Assembly: GCA_028697025.1 (NCBI GenBank)
Contig: JAQVFZ010000001.1
Location: 1 to 46,341, forward strand
Origin: Candidatus Izemoplasmatales bacterium
GTDB lineage: Bacteria; Bacillota_I; Bacilli_A; Izemoplasmatales; Hujiaoplasmataceae
Direction: 5' to 3'
Length of the DNA stretch: 46,341 bases
In this document: in pieces, positions 1 through 7,873 of the stretch
Layout: every line of letters begins with the position of its first letter
How positions within the stretch are numbered: position 1 is the first letter of the stretch
Notes under the pieces: generated by a model
The model's database searches: none
The model's input: only the letters and a program-made list of their open reading frames with translations
Told to the model about the DNA's origin: nothing
Program-made: the position numbers and the translations under genes

Positions 1-1196
1 AATACTGTAACATAAATAGTTATTGTAGCTATATTTCCTGCTACGTCGCTTACAGTATAAGTAACTTCATATTCTCCAGGAATAGAAGTATCGACGTTGC
101 TAACATAATGTGTTGAATCAAGAGTGATTTCTCCATCAACCACGTCATAAGCGCTAACACCAGCTAGAGGGTTATAATCTGCACCAGTTTCGAGAGTCAA
201 ATCTTTTGCACCAGAGATAACTGGAGCTTGAGTATCAGGATCCGCTGTAGATTCTTCGATAACTATGTCGTCATAATAGACTACAGTTGCTAAGTTAGCG
301 GTACCTACTCCACCAGTTACGGTACCCATTCCAAATAATAATTGACCTTCGCCAGTAACTTTATTATGAGTAAATTTAAAGGTGAATGTCTGCCAATCTG
401 TACCTAAATCAAACACGTGAGGTTGAGCTGGCATATAATCGTCAAACCAAGGAGCTGCCGGTAATAATTTACCGATTTGCACTTGAATCGAACGAACTGC
501 GTCAGCTTTAGCCTTAAATGTCACTTGATAAGTAACGCCATTTTCAAATTCAATAACATTGCTTTCAAGTCTTGGTGCGGCTGCACCCCAAGAAGCCGCT
601 TCAATGTCAACAACCCCTACACCATCGACAACTGAGAATGTTCCGGCTGCGCCTTCAAACAAACCTAGATTCCAAACAGCGTTTCCAAGCGAGAAGTCAC
701 CGTTTTGAACCATTTCGTCACCAATCAAATTTGGGTCGATTTCAACATATACATAACGAGATTCTTGTTTCTTGTTGCCAGCTGCGTCGTATACGGTATA
801 AACTAAGAAGTTAGTTCCTTCTTTAGTTGTATCCACTACGCCGGCTACAGTAATACTGCTTGTGATATCGCCATCTTTATTATCTGTCGCTGTAACACCT
901 GCCATCGGGTCAAATGTTTCGTTCAAATAGATAGTGACATCATCAACACCGTTAATAACTGGAGCTATAGTATCTTGTTCTACTGTTGTTGGTGCTTCAG
1001 TAGTAGGAGCTTCAGTTGTTGGTGCCTGAGTTGTAGGCGCTACTGTTGTTGGTGCTTGTGTCGTAGGCGCTACCGTTGTCGGAGCTACTGTCGTAGGAGC
1101 TCCAGTGGTTGGTGCTTCAGTTGTAGTTACGCCATTACAAGCGACTACTGCTAAAGCCATTACGACCATTAAGAACATAAATAAAACTTTTTTCAT
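1..1196 (-). CDS. Surface lipoprotein, N-terminal ~398 codons only (the ORF stays open to the left window edge). Order of parts: signal peptide and lipobox, (APTTx)9 linker, Ig-like module, CBM4/9-like module, second Ig-like module.
   Basis: Absent from the supplied track because it has no in-window stop. Hand translation of the minus strand starts at ATG 1196-1194, with GGAGG 5 nt upstream. It reads MKKVLFMFLMVVMALAVVAC-NG (lipobox VVAC), then nine APTT[GVQE] units. Next come APVINGVDDVTIY..ATDNKDGDIT..AAGNKK (Ig-like), VQNGDFSLGNAVWNL...YYDDIVIEE (CBM4/9-like) and APVISGAKDLTL..AYDVVDGEIT..VSDVAGN (second Ig-like). There is no stop down to position 1. Confidence 0.85.
   Translation of the reverse strand, partial: MKKVLFMFLMVVMALAVVACNGVTTTEAPTTGAPTTVAPTTVAPTTQAPTTVAPTTQAPTTEAPTTEAPTTVEQDTIAPVINGVDDVTIYLNETFDPMAGVTATDNKDGDITSSITVAGVVDTTKEGTNFLVYTVYDAAGNKKQESRYVYVEIDPNLIGDEMVQNGDFSLGNAVWNLGLFEGAAGTFSVVDGVGVVDIEAASWGAAAPRLESNVIEFENGVTYQVTFKAKADAVRSIQVQIGKLLPAAPWFDDYMPAQPHVFDLGTDWQTFTFKFTHNKVTGEGQLLFGMGTVTGGVGTANLATVVYYDDIVIEESTADPDTQAPVISGAKDLTLETGADYNPLAGVSAYDVVDGEITLDSTHYVSNVDTSIPGEYEVTYTVSDVAGNIATITIYVTV
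981..1115 (-). repeat. In-frame 15-nt tandem repeat, 9 copies, encoding the APTT[G/V/Q/E] linker of the lipoprotein
   Basis: Direct reading gives A28 to V72 of the hand-translated protein as APTTG APTTV APTTV APTTQ APTTV APTTQ APTTE APTTE APTTV. The DNA copies are degenerate at wobble positions. Confidence 0.9.
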
Positions 1197-1217
1197 AATT
1201 TCCTCCATTTTAAATTT

Positions 1218-4200
1218 TTATTTTATTTGAATGTTAATTTTTTTGTAATAACCATCTCGAATTTTTACTGCTAAATCTCCGATAACTTCTTTTCCCTCAA
1301 TCACCTCCATTCGCTCTTCACTATCAATCAATTCGTAACGATAAATAAGAGTATTGTCAAAGGTGTCTTTTTGTTTTTCGTTGATATATGTAATCATCGT
1401 TTTGCTCAAAAACTTGAATGAAAGCCTGTGATTTTTGCTAAAGAAACTTTTTTCGATAATCGGTTTAGGTTCAAATACCAAAACGCCATTTTCATACCTG
1501 AAAGGCTCTTTGCCAAGCATCATAAGTGTCCAGATGTTCAATGTCTCGACTGTCGATCCACTCAATCTGGCAAAAAAGCCTTGACCATGAATATGTGGAT
1601 TAGGGTTGTTCGAAGTTGCGATGAAACTGGAATTTTCCAGGATGCTGCGTCCATAAACTTCAGGATTCATGAAACATACCAAATTTGTTTTCAACTCAGT
1701 AAAGAATTCTTGATACAACCCGGCTTTCAACAAACCTAGGACATATTTATAAGTCATATGCAAGAAATTGCTTTCCCTTTCCAACCATCCCGGTGTAAAA
1801 GCCTTGATTCTACCGATTTCAAAGGTGTCTTTCTCCAATGAAACCGAAGTCCTGTATTGTTTTAAAGGCTTATCGTATAATTCGGTGTTTTTGATGGTTC
1901 TGTACATCTGCCTTAGTTTATCTTTGGAAAAATCGGTCTTAAGCAACCTAGCTGGTGCTTCCAAGAATGGAGATACGTCTTTTCTCACAAAACTTATCGG
2001 TTTTACTGTGTTTTCTTTCTGGTTGTTCATCTCATAATCTTTGACCTCATAAGTCAAGTAGGTCGGAATTATGCCATTGGAATCAACATAGAGTTTTTTC
2101 AAGGATTCATCAAGATGCTGCGCCATCTTGTTCAAGAGTGACTTGACTTCTTCAGTTCGAAGCAGGTTCAGTCGACCGGATAGTCCGTCATTGGTCTTCT
2201 CACGATATTCCTCGCGGGCAAGGACTCGATTTTGATAATCAAAACTGTTTTCCAGATTTTTAAACAACTCATTTATTTCTATTGGCAACTCAACAGAATC
2301 CGGCATTTGGTTTTGAAGCATGAAGTCGATTATTCTTTTTAATTCTATCGCCTCGGAAATACCAGAACCAAACAACCCAGGCAAACCGTTCATGGCGTCG
2401 TTCCAACCCGGTTTCCCCGCTTCCATCTCGACTCCCAATCCATTAGGGTCAAGTAGAGAAAATTTGTTTAGAGCTAAAATCAATAGTTTTATGAATAGGG
2501 TTGATTTATAATATTTGCCGTCTATCTTGCTGAAATCTCCCGGTTTATCAAGGTGTAGCAAACTCTTATATTGTCTGATGCGGTTGTCTTTGGTCAGAAT
2601 GCTTTTATCTTTTTGCCTTAAAATCTTGATTGGAGAATTGAAACACATGAAAACTTCATTATGTAAATAATTATCCGCAAATTTATCAGGGTAAATTGCC
2701 TTATAGGCTTCAATCAAATCAAGGAAGTAAGTGAAATGATCAATCCAATATCCTTCTCCAAAATAACTTTCTATCTTCATATCCGATGAATCTATTACTT
2801 CTGCCAAATACTCTTCTTCTTTGGTTTTAACTTCAATTTTGTTGCGATCGATGAAATTAACCAGATCTCCCGGGGTGAACTTCCTTGAAAATATATCTTT
2901 CAGCAATTCGCAGTTTTTACCGAAATGTTTATTAATTAGATATTCTGTCTTTTCTGCTTTCAAAGTATAGGTGATGCCGTTCACTGACAACGGATTGTAG
3001 CCGTCAAGTTGAATGAGATTGCCAAATTGGAAAACGTTGAAGAATTCAACATCACGATGAATAATGGAATCGAGTCGACGGTTTTGACAGACGTCCCGGA
3101 AATTTCCCGGTCCGGTGGAATAGTACTCAGGCGCTAATGAAAAGAAATTGTAGTCTCTTTCCAAATCACCGTGTTTTCGGGCATAGATATGATAAATCTG
3201 TTTGCCGATGGTGATTGGATAACCGCCTCTCAATAGATTGTCCAGATAATTTTGTTTGATATATGCGTCAAACTCAGGATAAGCGGTTTCAGTATGAACA
3301 TCTTCCAATAAATCTTCGATTATTTTCTTAGCCTCCAATTCTTTGTTCAAAACATAGTCAATGTTCGTAATTTGAGGCAATTTATCTCTTAAGGAGTTCA
3401 ATGAATGTGTATGTCCAATAAGAGAAAAAATCTCGTAATCTTTATTTAAAGTGATTTCTTTCGGTATGAAGGCTGAAGGAACTTTATTCTTGTTCACTTG
3501 AGGCAGTTTCAACAATTCTGAAACTGATTTATCGACAAAATTCAGTGGTAAAGTTTTGGACGTGTCATAAGCAAAAATCAAGTCTCGATCTGCGATAATA
3601 TCCAGTAAACCGCTTCTATCAAAGCCGACATAAAAGTTTCCCTGCCTTACCTCCGATACTTCTGCGCTATCGCCGGTTGAACCTCTTAATTTATAAAATG
3701 CAAACTTTTCTTCCAAACATTCAACGTCCATCCAGCTCTGCAACAAGTTCGATAAAGCCTTGAATTCTTCAGTTCCAAGTCCGGCAGGAAGGATTTCCGC
3801 CAAACCGTCGACTATTTCTAGTTTTTGAGGTTCCGGTTTCAAATTGACCAATTTGACCATTCTTGCCAAGGCCGGTATTTCTTCATTAGGAAGACCAAAA
3901 TAGGAAATGATAACTTTTATACCCAAATCTGCATTTGTCTCTTCTATCGACACTTTATGGGGTTCAATGATAAGTTTGTTTTCATGTCTTGAGTTTATCG
4001 AAAATGGTTCGTAAATCTCATTGTTGATTTTGATAAAGGTTCTGAATCCGTCTTTACCGACGTTTTCGTAAGCTTTATTCGCGGAATGGAACAAGGTTAT
4101 CGGATGATTCTTGTCTTGAAGTCCAAATCCGCTGATTAATTGCGCGCGATTGACGTAGAAAGCCCAAAGGGGAATACCTCTTTTGCCAGCTAGTCCCGGA

Positions 4201-4283
4201 AGAAAATTGGCGAAAGTCTTCTTTTTATTATAATTGTGAATTGTAAATTGACCGTTCCTGTAATAGTATTCAGATTTATCCAC
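1218..4283 (-). CDS. Large cytoplasmic (alpha/alpha)6 glycoside phosphorylase-like enzyme of the GH94 clan (GH94/GH149/GH161-like); substrate unassigned
   Basis: 1021-aa ORF with a GTG start that overlaps the GH30 stop by 1 nt (TAGTG); GGAGG lies about 10 nt upstream. No signal peptide. The loop GKPGWNDAMNGLPG resembles the (D)WNDxLN general-acid loop of cellobiose/chitobiose phosphorylases. The N-terminus FANFLPGLAGKRGIPLWAFYVNRAQ matches my memory of proteins annotated as cellobiose phosphorylase-like. The family call rests on motifs only, not on a search. Confidence 0.6.
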   Translation of the reverse strand: MDKSEYYYRNGQFTIHNYNKKKTFANFLPGLAGKRGIPLWAFYVNRAQLISGFGLQDKNHPITLFHSANKAYENVGKDGFRTFIKINNEIYEPFSINSRHENKLIIEPHKVSIEETNADLGIKVIISYFGLPNEEIPALARMVKLVNLKPEPQKLEIVDGLAEILPAGLGTEEFKALSNLLQSWMDVECLEEKFAFYKLRGSTGDSAEVSEVRQGNFYVGFDRSGLLDIIADRDLIFAYDTSKTLPLNFVDKSVSELLKLPQVNKNKVPSAFIPKEITLNKDYEIFSLIGHTHSLNSLRDKLPQITNIDYVLNKELEAKKIIEDLLEDVHTETAYPEFDAYIKQNYLDNLLRGGYPITIGKQIYHIYARKHGDLERDYNFFSLAPEYYSTGPGNFRDVCQNRRLDSIIHRDVEFFNVFQFGNLIQLDGYNPLSVNGITYTLKAEKTEYLINKHFGKNCELLKDIFSRKFTPGDLVNFIDRNKIEVKTKEEEYLAEVIDSSDMKIESYFGEGYWIDHFTYFLDLIEAYKAIYPDKFADNYLHNEVFMCFNSPIKILRQKDKSILTKDNRIRQYKSLLHLDKPGDFSKIDGKYYKSTLFIKLLILALNKFSLLDPNGLGVEMEAGKPGWNDAMNGLPGLFGSGISEAIELKRIIDFMLQNQMPDSVELPIEINELFKNLENSFDYQNRVLAREEYREKTNDGLSGRLNLLRTEEVKSLLNKMAQHLDESLKKLYVDSNGIIPTYLTYEVKDYEMNNQKENTVKPISFVRKDVSPFLEAPARLLKTDFSKDKLRQMYRTIKNTELYDKPLKQYRTSVSLEKDTFEIGRIKAFTPGWLERESNFLHMTYKYVLGLLKAGLYQEFFTELKTNLVCFMNPEVYGRSILENSSFIATSNNPNPHIHGQGFFARLSGSTVETLNIWTLMMLGKEPFRYENGVLVFEPKPIIEKSFFSKNHRLSFKFLSKTMITYINEKQKDTFDNTLIYRYELIDSEERMEVIEGKEVIGDLAVKIRDGYYKKINIQIK

Positions 4284-5614
4284 TATTTATTTACCTCCGC
4301 TAAAATTGTCATGATGCTTCTTTTTTCGGATTTTATGAGTTTTTTTGCAAAACCGAGATTTAATGATATGTTGTAATCAAATTCGCTTTCGTTAAGGACG
4401 ACAATGACTATAGAACCGTCAGGATTCAAGAACGCTATATGTTTGACCACTTCATTTATAGATTTTGAAAATATTCTGAATGCACCGGGTTTTACATGTT
4501 TTGAAAAATGACCGATGTGATAGTATGAACTGTTGAAAATCAATTCGTCTTTATCTAAATTAGATAAAATTGGTGCGTCACAATAATTTCCGACATGATT
4601 TGGTCCGCCGAATTGGTCCAAAGTTAGATTCCAGTCGATAAAAGCTTCGCACCAGTTGCTGAAATCGCCAATGATGTTTCTCGCATATCTTTCTCCGGTT
4701 TCGTAAATATTCGGGTGAGGACCGCCTTCAATGCAACCTTCCGTGAAAATTATTTGTTTATCTGGAAACAGATCATGAACTTTACCGACATTAGCGAAAT
4801 CTTCGCTCACATACCAATGGATTGCCGTGCCGGCAACATATTGGCTGGCAACGGGATCTTCCAAAACCGCTTTAGCTCTTTCAACAACGATATCGCGATT
4901 ATGATCCCAAATAAAGATCTTTACATCCGAGAACTTGCTGTTCTTGATGGTCGGACCCAAGTAATCTTTGACAAAGTCACGTTCTTCTTCTTTTGTATAA
5001 AGACAAGAATCCCATGTTTGTTTTGCTGCCGGTTCGTTTTGAACCGATAGCGCAAAAACATTAAGGCCAGCTGCTGTAATTTTGTCGATAAATTTAACAT
5101 AATAATTAGCCCACGTTTGAAAGAATTCTGGCTTTAAACTTCCGCCATAATTCATATTGTTGTTGGTCTTCATCCAGGCTGGCGGACTCCAAGGTGAAAC
5201 CAATAGATTGATTTTATCTCTTCTGATCATTTCAGCTTTTTTGATGGTTGGTATGACAAATTTGAACTCACGAGAAATGTCAAAACTTTTAAGATCTTTG
5301 TCGTTATCTTTAACGTAAGTATAATTTCCCAAAGAAAAGTCGCTCGAGTTCATGTGAATTCTACCAAGATTATACGACAATCCTTTATCATCACTAAAAT
5401 AGGCTTCCATCAAGCGATTTTGCTGCTGAAGAGAAAGCCTACTGAGTGTGTAACAAGCAGCTTCGGTAAAAGCGCCGCCGAAGCCGATAATTTTCTGATA
5501 TTTTTTACTAAAGTCAACTAAAATTTCAAAATCCGGTTGATTCTGATTTTCAACCGGTATTTCCTCGTGACGTAATTTCCCGTACTTAGAAGTTACATAG
5601 ATTTTCATAAACAT
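4283..5614 (-). CDS. Glycoside hydrolase family 30 (glucosylceramidase / beta-1,6-glucanase type), cytoplasmic
   Basis: 443 aa with the GH30 hallmarks GFGGAFTEA, SPWSPPAWMK, VQNEP (acid/base Glu) and IIFTEG (nucleophile Glu). AGGAG lies 6 nt upstream of the ATG. No signal peptide. Confidence 0.9.
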   Translation of the reverse strand: MFMKIYVTSKYGKLRHEEIPVENQNQPDFEILVDFSKKYQKIIGFGGAFTEAACYTLSRLSLQQQNRLMEAYFSDDKGLSYNLGRIHMNSSDFSLGNYTYVKDNDKDLKSFDISREFKFVIPTIKKAEMIRRDKINLLVSPWSPPAWMKTNNNMNYGGSLKPEFFQTWANYYVKFIDKITAAGLNVFALSVQNEPAAKQTWDSCLYTKEEERDFVKDYLGPTIKNSKFSDVKIFIWDHNRDIVVERAKAVLEDPVASQYVAGTAIHWYVSEDFANVGKVHDLFPDKQIIFTEGCIEGGPHPNIYETGERYARNIIGDFSNWCEAFIDWNLTLDQFGGPNHVGNYCDAPILSNLDKDELIFNSSYYHIGHFSKHVKPGAFRIFSKSINEVVKHIAFLNPDGSIVIVVLNESEFDYNISLNLGFAKKLIKSEKRSIMTILAEVNK

Positions 5615-5626
5615 TATTTTCTCCTA

Positions 5627-5640
5627 CGAAAACGTTTTCG
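5627..5640 (-). promoter_or_regulatory. Perfect 14-bp palindrome CGAAAACGTTTTCG; LacI-family-type operator at about +1 of the GH30 operon
   Basis: The palindrome is read directly. It matches 12 of 14 positions of the cre/LacI-type consensus TGWAANCGNTNWCA, differing only at the symmetric outermost bases. It sits between the predicted -10 box (5646-5651) and the RBS (5621-5625). Confidence 0.5.
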
Positions 5641-5645
5641 ATTTT

Positions 5646-5674
5646 ATTATATTAAATAATGTAAACGCTGTCAA
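5646..5674 (-). promoter_or_regulatory. Consensus sigma-A promoter of the GH30 operon (TTGACA, 17 nt, TATAAT)
   Basis: The minus strand reads TTGACA (5674-5669), a 17-nt spacer gcgtttacattatttaa, then TATAAT (5651-5646). It lies about 32 nt upstream of the GH30 ATG. Confidence 0.65.
5660..5673. promoter_or_regulatory. Candidate catabolite-responsive element (cre, CcpA site) overlapping the -35 box
   Basis: TGTAAACGCTGTCA, flanked by A on both sides, fits every constrained position of WTGNAANCGNWNNCW. It overlaps the -35 box and the spacer of the promoter above. Confidence 0.5.
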
Positions 5675-5723
5675 TAAACTTTACTCAAAAAAGGATGAAA
5701 AGTTAAAATGTGTAAACTTTACA

Positions 5724-5751
5724 TAAAAAAAGCCCACACTTTCATGTGGGC
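5724..5751 (-). terminator. Rho-independent terminator downstream of gmk
   Basis: GCCCACA (5732-5738) pairs with TGTGGGC (5745-5751) around a 6-nt loop. On the minus strand the hairpin is followed by a T7 run (the A-run at 5725-5731). Confidence 0.8.
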
Positions 5752-5758
5752 ATAATTA

Positions 5759-6328
5759 CTAAAACAGTGATAACTGTTTGCCGTTGGTTTTTTTCTTTTC
5801 CAAGATCTCAATGTAACTGAAATAAATCTTATCTGCCAGATCTGATAAACTGATGTCGGTAGTGTCAATTACCAAATCCAAGCCCTGAATTTTTTTAAGA
5901 TTGAATTCTTCTCTGTCCGAATGGATTCTTTTCTTGATATCCTCTGGGTGATCCTGCCTTAGGGTCATCCTTTTGATTCTGATGCTTTCTTTAGTTTTAA
6001 GGTAGATGGCCACTACTTGACATTCGCTTTTTTCTAAAAAGGATTTCAATCCTTGTGGTTCAAGGATGATGAATTTATCATCTGCCAGTTGATTTTTCGG
6101 GGTCCCATAGTAATTATTATTGTATACGGCGGTTTCCAAGAAATAATTCTGTTTTTTTAATTGCATAAATCTGTTTTTCGAAAGAAAATGGTAGTCAAAA
6201 CCATCGATCTCGTTAATCCTTTTTTTCCGGGTCGTACAAGTTACAACCCGGGAGATCGGATAACGATTGATCATTATTTTCGCAGATTCAGTTTTGCCTG
6301 AAGCACTTGGCCCTATTAAAACTAGCAT
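5759..6328 (-). CDS. gmk: Guanylate kinase (or guanylate kinase-like paralog)
   Basis: 189 aa with a P-loop GPSASGKT and TTRKKRINEIDGFDYHFLS...FLETAVYNNNYYGT, which matches the Gmk signature TTRxxRxxExxGxDYxF...YGT. RBS is AAAGGAG. There is no rpoZ neighbour, so it may be a second copy. Confidence 0.75.
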   Translation of the reverse strand: MLVLIGPSASGKTESAKIMINRYPISRVVTCTTRKKRINEIDGFDYHFLSKNRFMQLKKQNYFLETAVYNNNYYGTPKNQLADDKFIILEPQGLKSFLEKSECQVVAIYLKTKESIRIKRMTLRQDHPEDIKKRIHSDREEFNLKKIQGLDLVIDTTDISLSDLADKIYFSYIEILEKKKTNGKQLSLF

Positions 6329-6423
6329 TATTCATTCTCCTTTGGTTTTCGCTAATATGATTATATCAAATAATATAGACATTGAAAAGTTGAAGATTGA
6401 AAACATCAATATTTAAAATCGAT

Positions 6424-6452
6424 TTGTATAAACCTTTCAAAAGTAGTATAAT
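6424..6452 (+). promoter_or_regulatory. Candidate sigma-A promoter for ktrB (TTGTAT, 17 nt, TATAAT)
   Basis: TTGTAT is at 6424-6429, followed by a 17-nt spacer and TATAAT at 6447-6452. It lies about 37 nt upstream of the ATG at 6489. Confidence 0.5.
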
Positions 6453-6488
6453 ATCAACGATATTTCTTGTTGATGAGGTTACTTATTT

Positions 6489-7814
6489 ATGAAAAAAGTC
6501 AAGTTATCACCATTCGCAATAGTGGCCATGAGTTTTTTTGCCATTATCATGGTTGGTACATTTTTATTAAAACTTCCGATATCTACCAAAGAAGGGGTAG
6601 ATCCATTATCGTGGGTCGATTCTTTGTTTATTTCCACTTCTGCGGTCTGCGTGACCGGACTATCAACAATACCAAATATAGCTGAAACATTATCTATCTT
6701 CGGCAAGGTGGTATTGGCCTCGCTTATCCAAATTGGTGGGTTGGGAATTGTAACTTTGGCGATTTATGTTCTTGTTGTTTTGGGGATAAAGATTGGTGTA
6801 ACCGAAAGGTATATTCTTAAAGAAGCACTCAATCAACATCACCTCGGCGGAATGGTTAAACTGGTTAGATCCATTATCTTTACATCATTGATAATTGAAA
6901 GTTTCGGGTTAATCTTAAATTTCATTGTTTTTATTCAAGAATTCAATTTTCTAGAAGCTTTAGGTCATGCGGCTTTTCATACCGTATCATCGTTCAATAA
7001 TGCTGGTTTTGATATTTTAGGTTCTACTTCATTACAAAATTATAACGCTAATATTTTATTGAACATAAACACCATGATTATGATTGTTATCGGAGGTATA
7101 GGCTTTATCGTTATCAGAGATATCGTTGATAAGAGATCCTGGAAAAACTTAAGCTTGTATTCGAAGATCGTTTTAAAAACTACATTATTGCTAATCGTTT
7201 TGGGAACTTTAATAATAAAACTATTTGAGTACAACAATATTTCTTGGCTAGAAGCAATTTTTACAAGCATCACTACGAGAACTGCAGGTTTTTCAACCGT
7301 GAATATCAGCGGCTTTTCCTACATGACTTTGGTTGTTATCATGATTTTCATGTTTATCGGTGCTTCACCTAACTCTACCGGTGGTGGTATCAAAACCACT
7401 ACTGTTTATATCATGTACCGTTCAATAACCAGCTTCCTGATGGGCAAACCTTTCATCACCCACAGAAGAAAGGTCGAGGATCAAAACAAGAACAAAGCCT
7501 TCGTGCTTGTGACGTTGGCTTTCACCGTGACAATTTTCATATTCTTAGTAATTTCAGCAATAGAAACTAAAAATACAACGTACAACATGACTTTCATCGA
7601 AGTATTGTTTGAAACCTTCTCCGCCTTTGGTACTGTAGGCTTGTCTATGGGGATAACCCCTTATTTGATGCCTGCATCAAAAGTAATATTATCGATACTG
7701 ATGTTTATCGGTCGACTCGGACCAATCACCATTTTCGGTATCATGAACAAAAATTGGGGCCATCCTGAGGTTTCTCATATCAACTACCCAGTTGAAAGAA
7801 TATTAGTAGGATAA
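6489..7814 (+). CDS. ktrB: TrkH/KtrB-family K+ uptake membrane subunit
   Basis: 441 aa and polytopic. It has four pore-loop glycine motifs: CVTGLS, NNAGFD, TRTAGFS and GTVGLSMG. No KtrA/TrkA gene is adjacent. Confidence 0.9.
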   Translation: MKKVKLSPFAIVAMSFFAIIMVGTFLLKLPISTKEGVDPLSWVDSLFISTSAVCVTGLSTIPNIAETLSIFGKVVLASLIQIGGLGIVTLAIYVLVVLGIKIGVTERYILKEALNQHHLGGMVKLVRSIIFTSLIIESFGLILNFIVFIQEFNFLEALGHAAFHTVSSFNNAGFDILGSTSLQNYNANILLNINTMIMIVIGGIGFIVIRDIVDKRSWKNLSLYSKIVLKTTLLLIVLGTLIIKLFEYNNISWLEAIFTSITTRTAGFSTVNISGFSYMTLVVIMIFMFIGASPNSTGGGIKTTTVYIMYRSITSFLMGKPFITHRRKVEDQNKNKAFVLVTLAFTVTIFIFLVISAIETKNTTYNMTFIEVLFETFSAFGTVGLSMGITPYLMPASKVILSILMFIGRLGPITIFGIMNKNWGHPEVSHINYPVERILVG

Positions 7815-7844
7815 ATCGGAGATTTTAAATCTTCGATTTTTTTT
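7815..7844 (+). terminator. Rho-independent terminator of ktrB
   Basis: ATCGGAGATT (7815-7824) pairs with AATCTTCGAT (7828-7837), with one G-U pair. A T8 run follows. Confidence 0.75.
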
Positions 7845-7846
7845 GC

Positions 7847-7872
7847 AAAAAAAAGACCGTTGCTACGCGGCC
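7847..7872 (-). terminator. Possible weak terminator after the esterase/acyltransferase/zinc-ribbon operon
   Basis: The minus strand reads GGCCG-cgtagcaa-CGGTC, a 5-bp stem with one wobble pair, followed by a T8 run. The stem is weak but the T-tract is strong. Confidence 0.4.
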
Positions 7873-7873
7873 T

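Noticed and set aside
572-814. An 80-aa plus-strand ORF from the track lying inside the first lipoprotein gene
   Set aside because: It lies antisense to a much longer open frame with a clear signal peptide, lipobox and domain structure. Its product is an R/Q/H/L-rich, low-complexity sequence. No RBS is present.
1428-5050. Short plus-strand ORFs from the track (1428-1739, 1768-2037, 2320-2511, 4715-5050) within the phosphorylase-like and GH30 genes
   Set aside because: All are antisense shadows inside long ORFs that carry motif support. None has a recognisable motif or a convincing RBS.
6382-6403. A triple direct repeat TTGAAAA / TTGAAGA / TTGAAAA in the gmk-ktrB divergent region
   Set aside because: The heptamers are short and AT-rich and lie in an AT-rich intergenic region. 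This could easily arise by chance, and no response regulator or other cognate factor is nearby. I noted it but do not call it a site.
6329-6488. Possible c-di-AMP (ydaO/kimA-type) riboswitch upstream of ktrB, and M-box Mg2+ riboswitch upstream of corA (13211-13913)
   Set aside because: The ktrB leader is only about 35 nt after the predicted promoter, and it is AT-rich without the conserved GC-rich helices of those riboswitches. The region upstream of corA is occupied by hydrophobic ORFs, not by a structured leader that I can recognise.
6479-6706. ORFs of 75 aa (minus) and 72 aa (plus) overlapping the 5' end of ktrB
   Set aside because: They overlap the well-supported KtrB/TrkH reading frame. 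They have no RBS and no motif.
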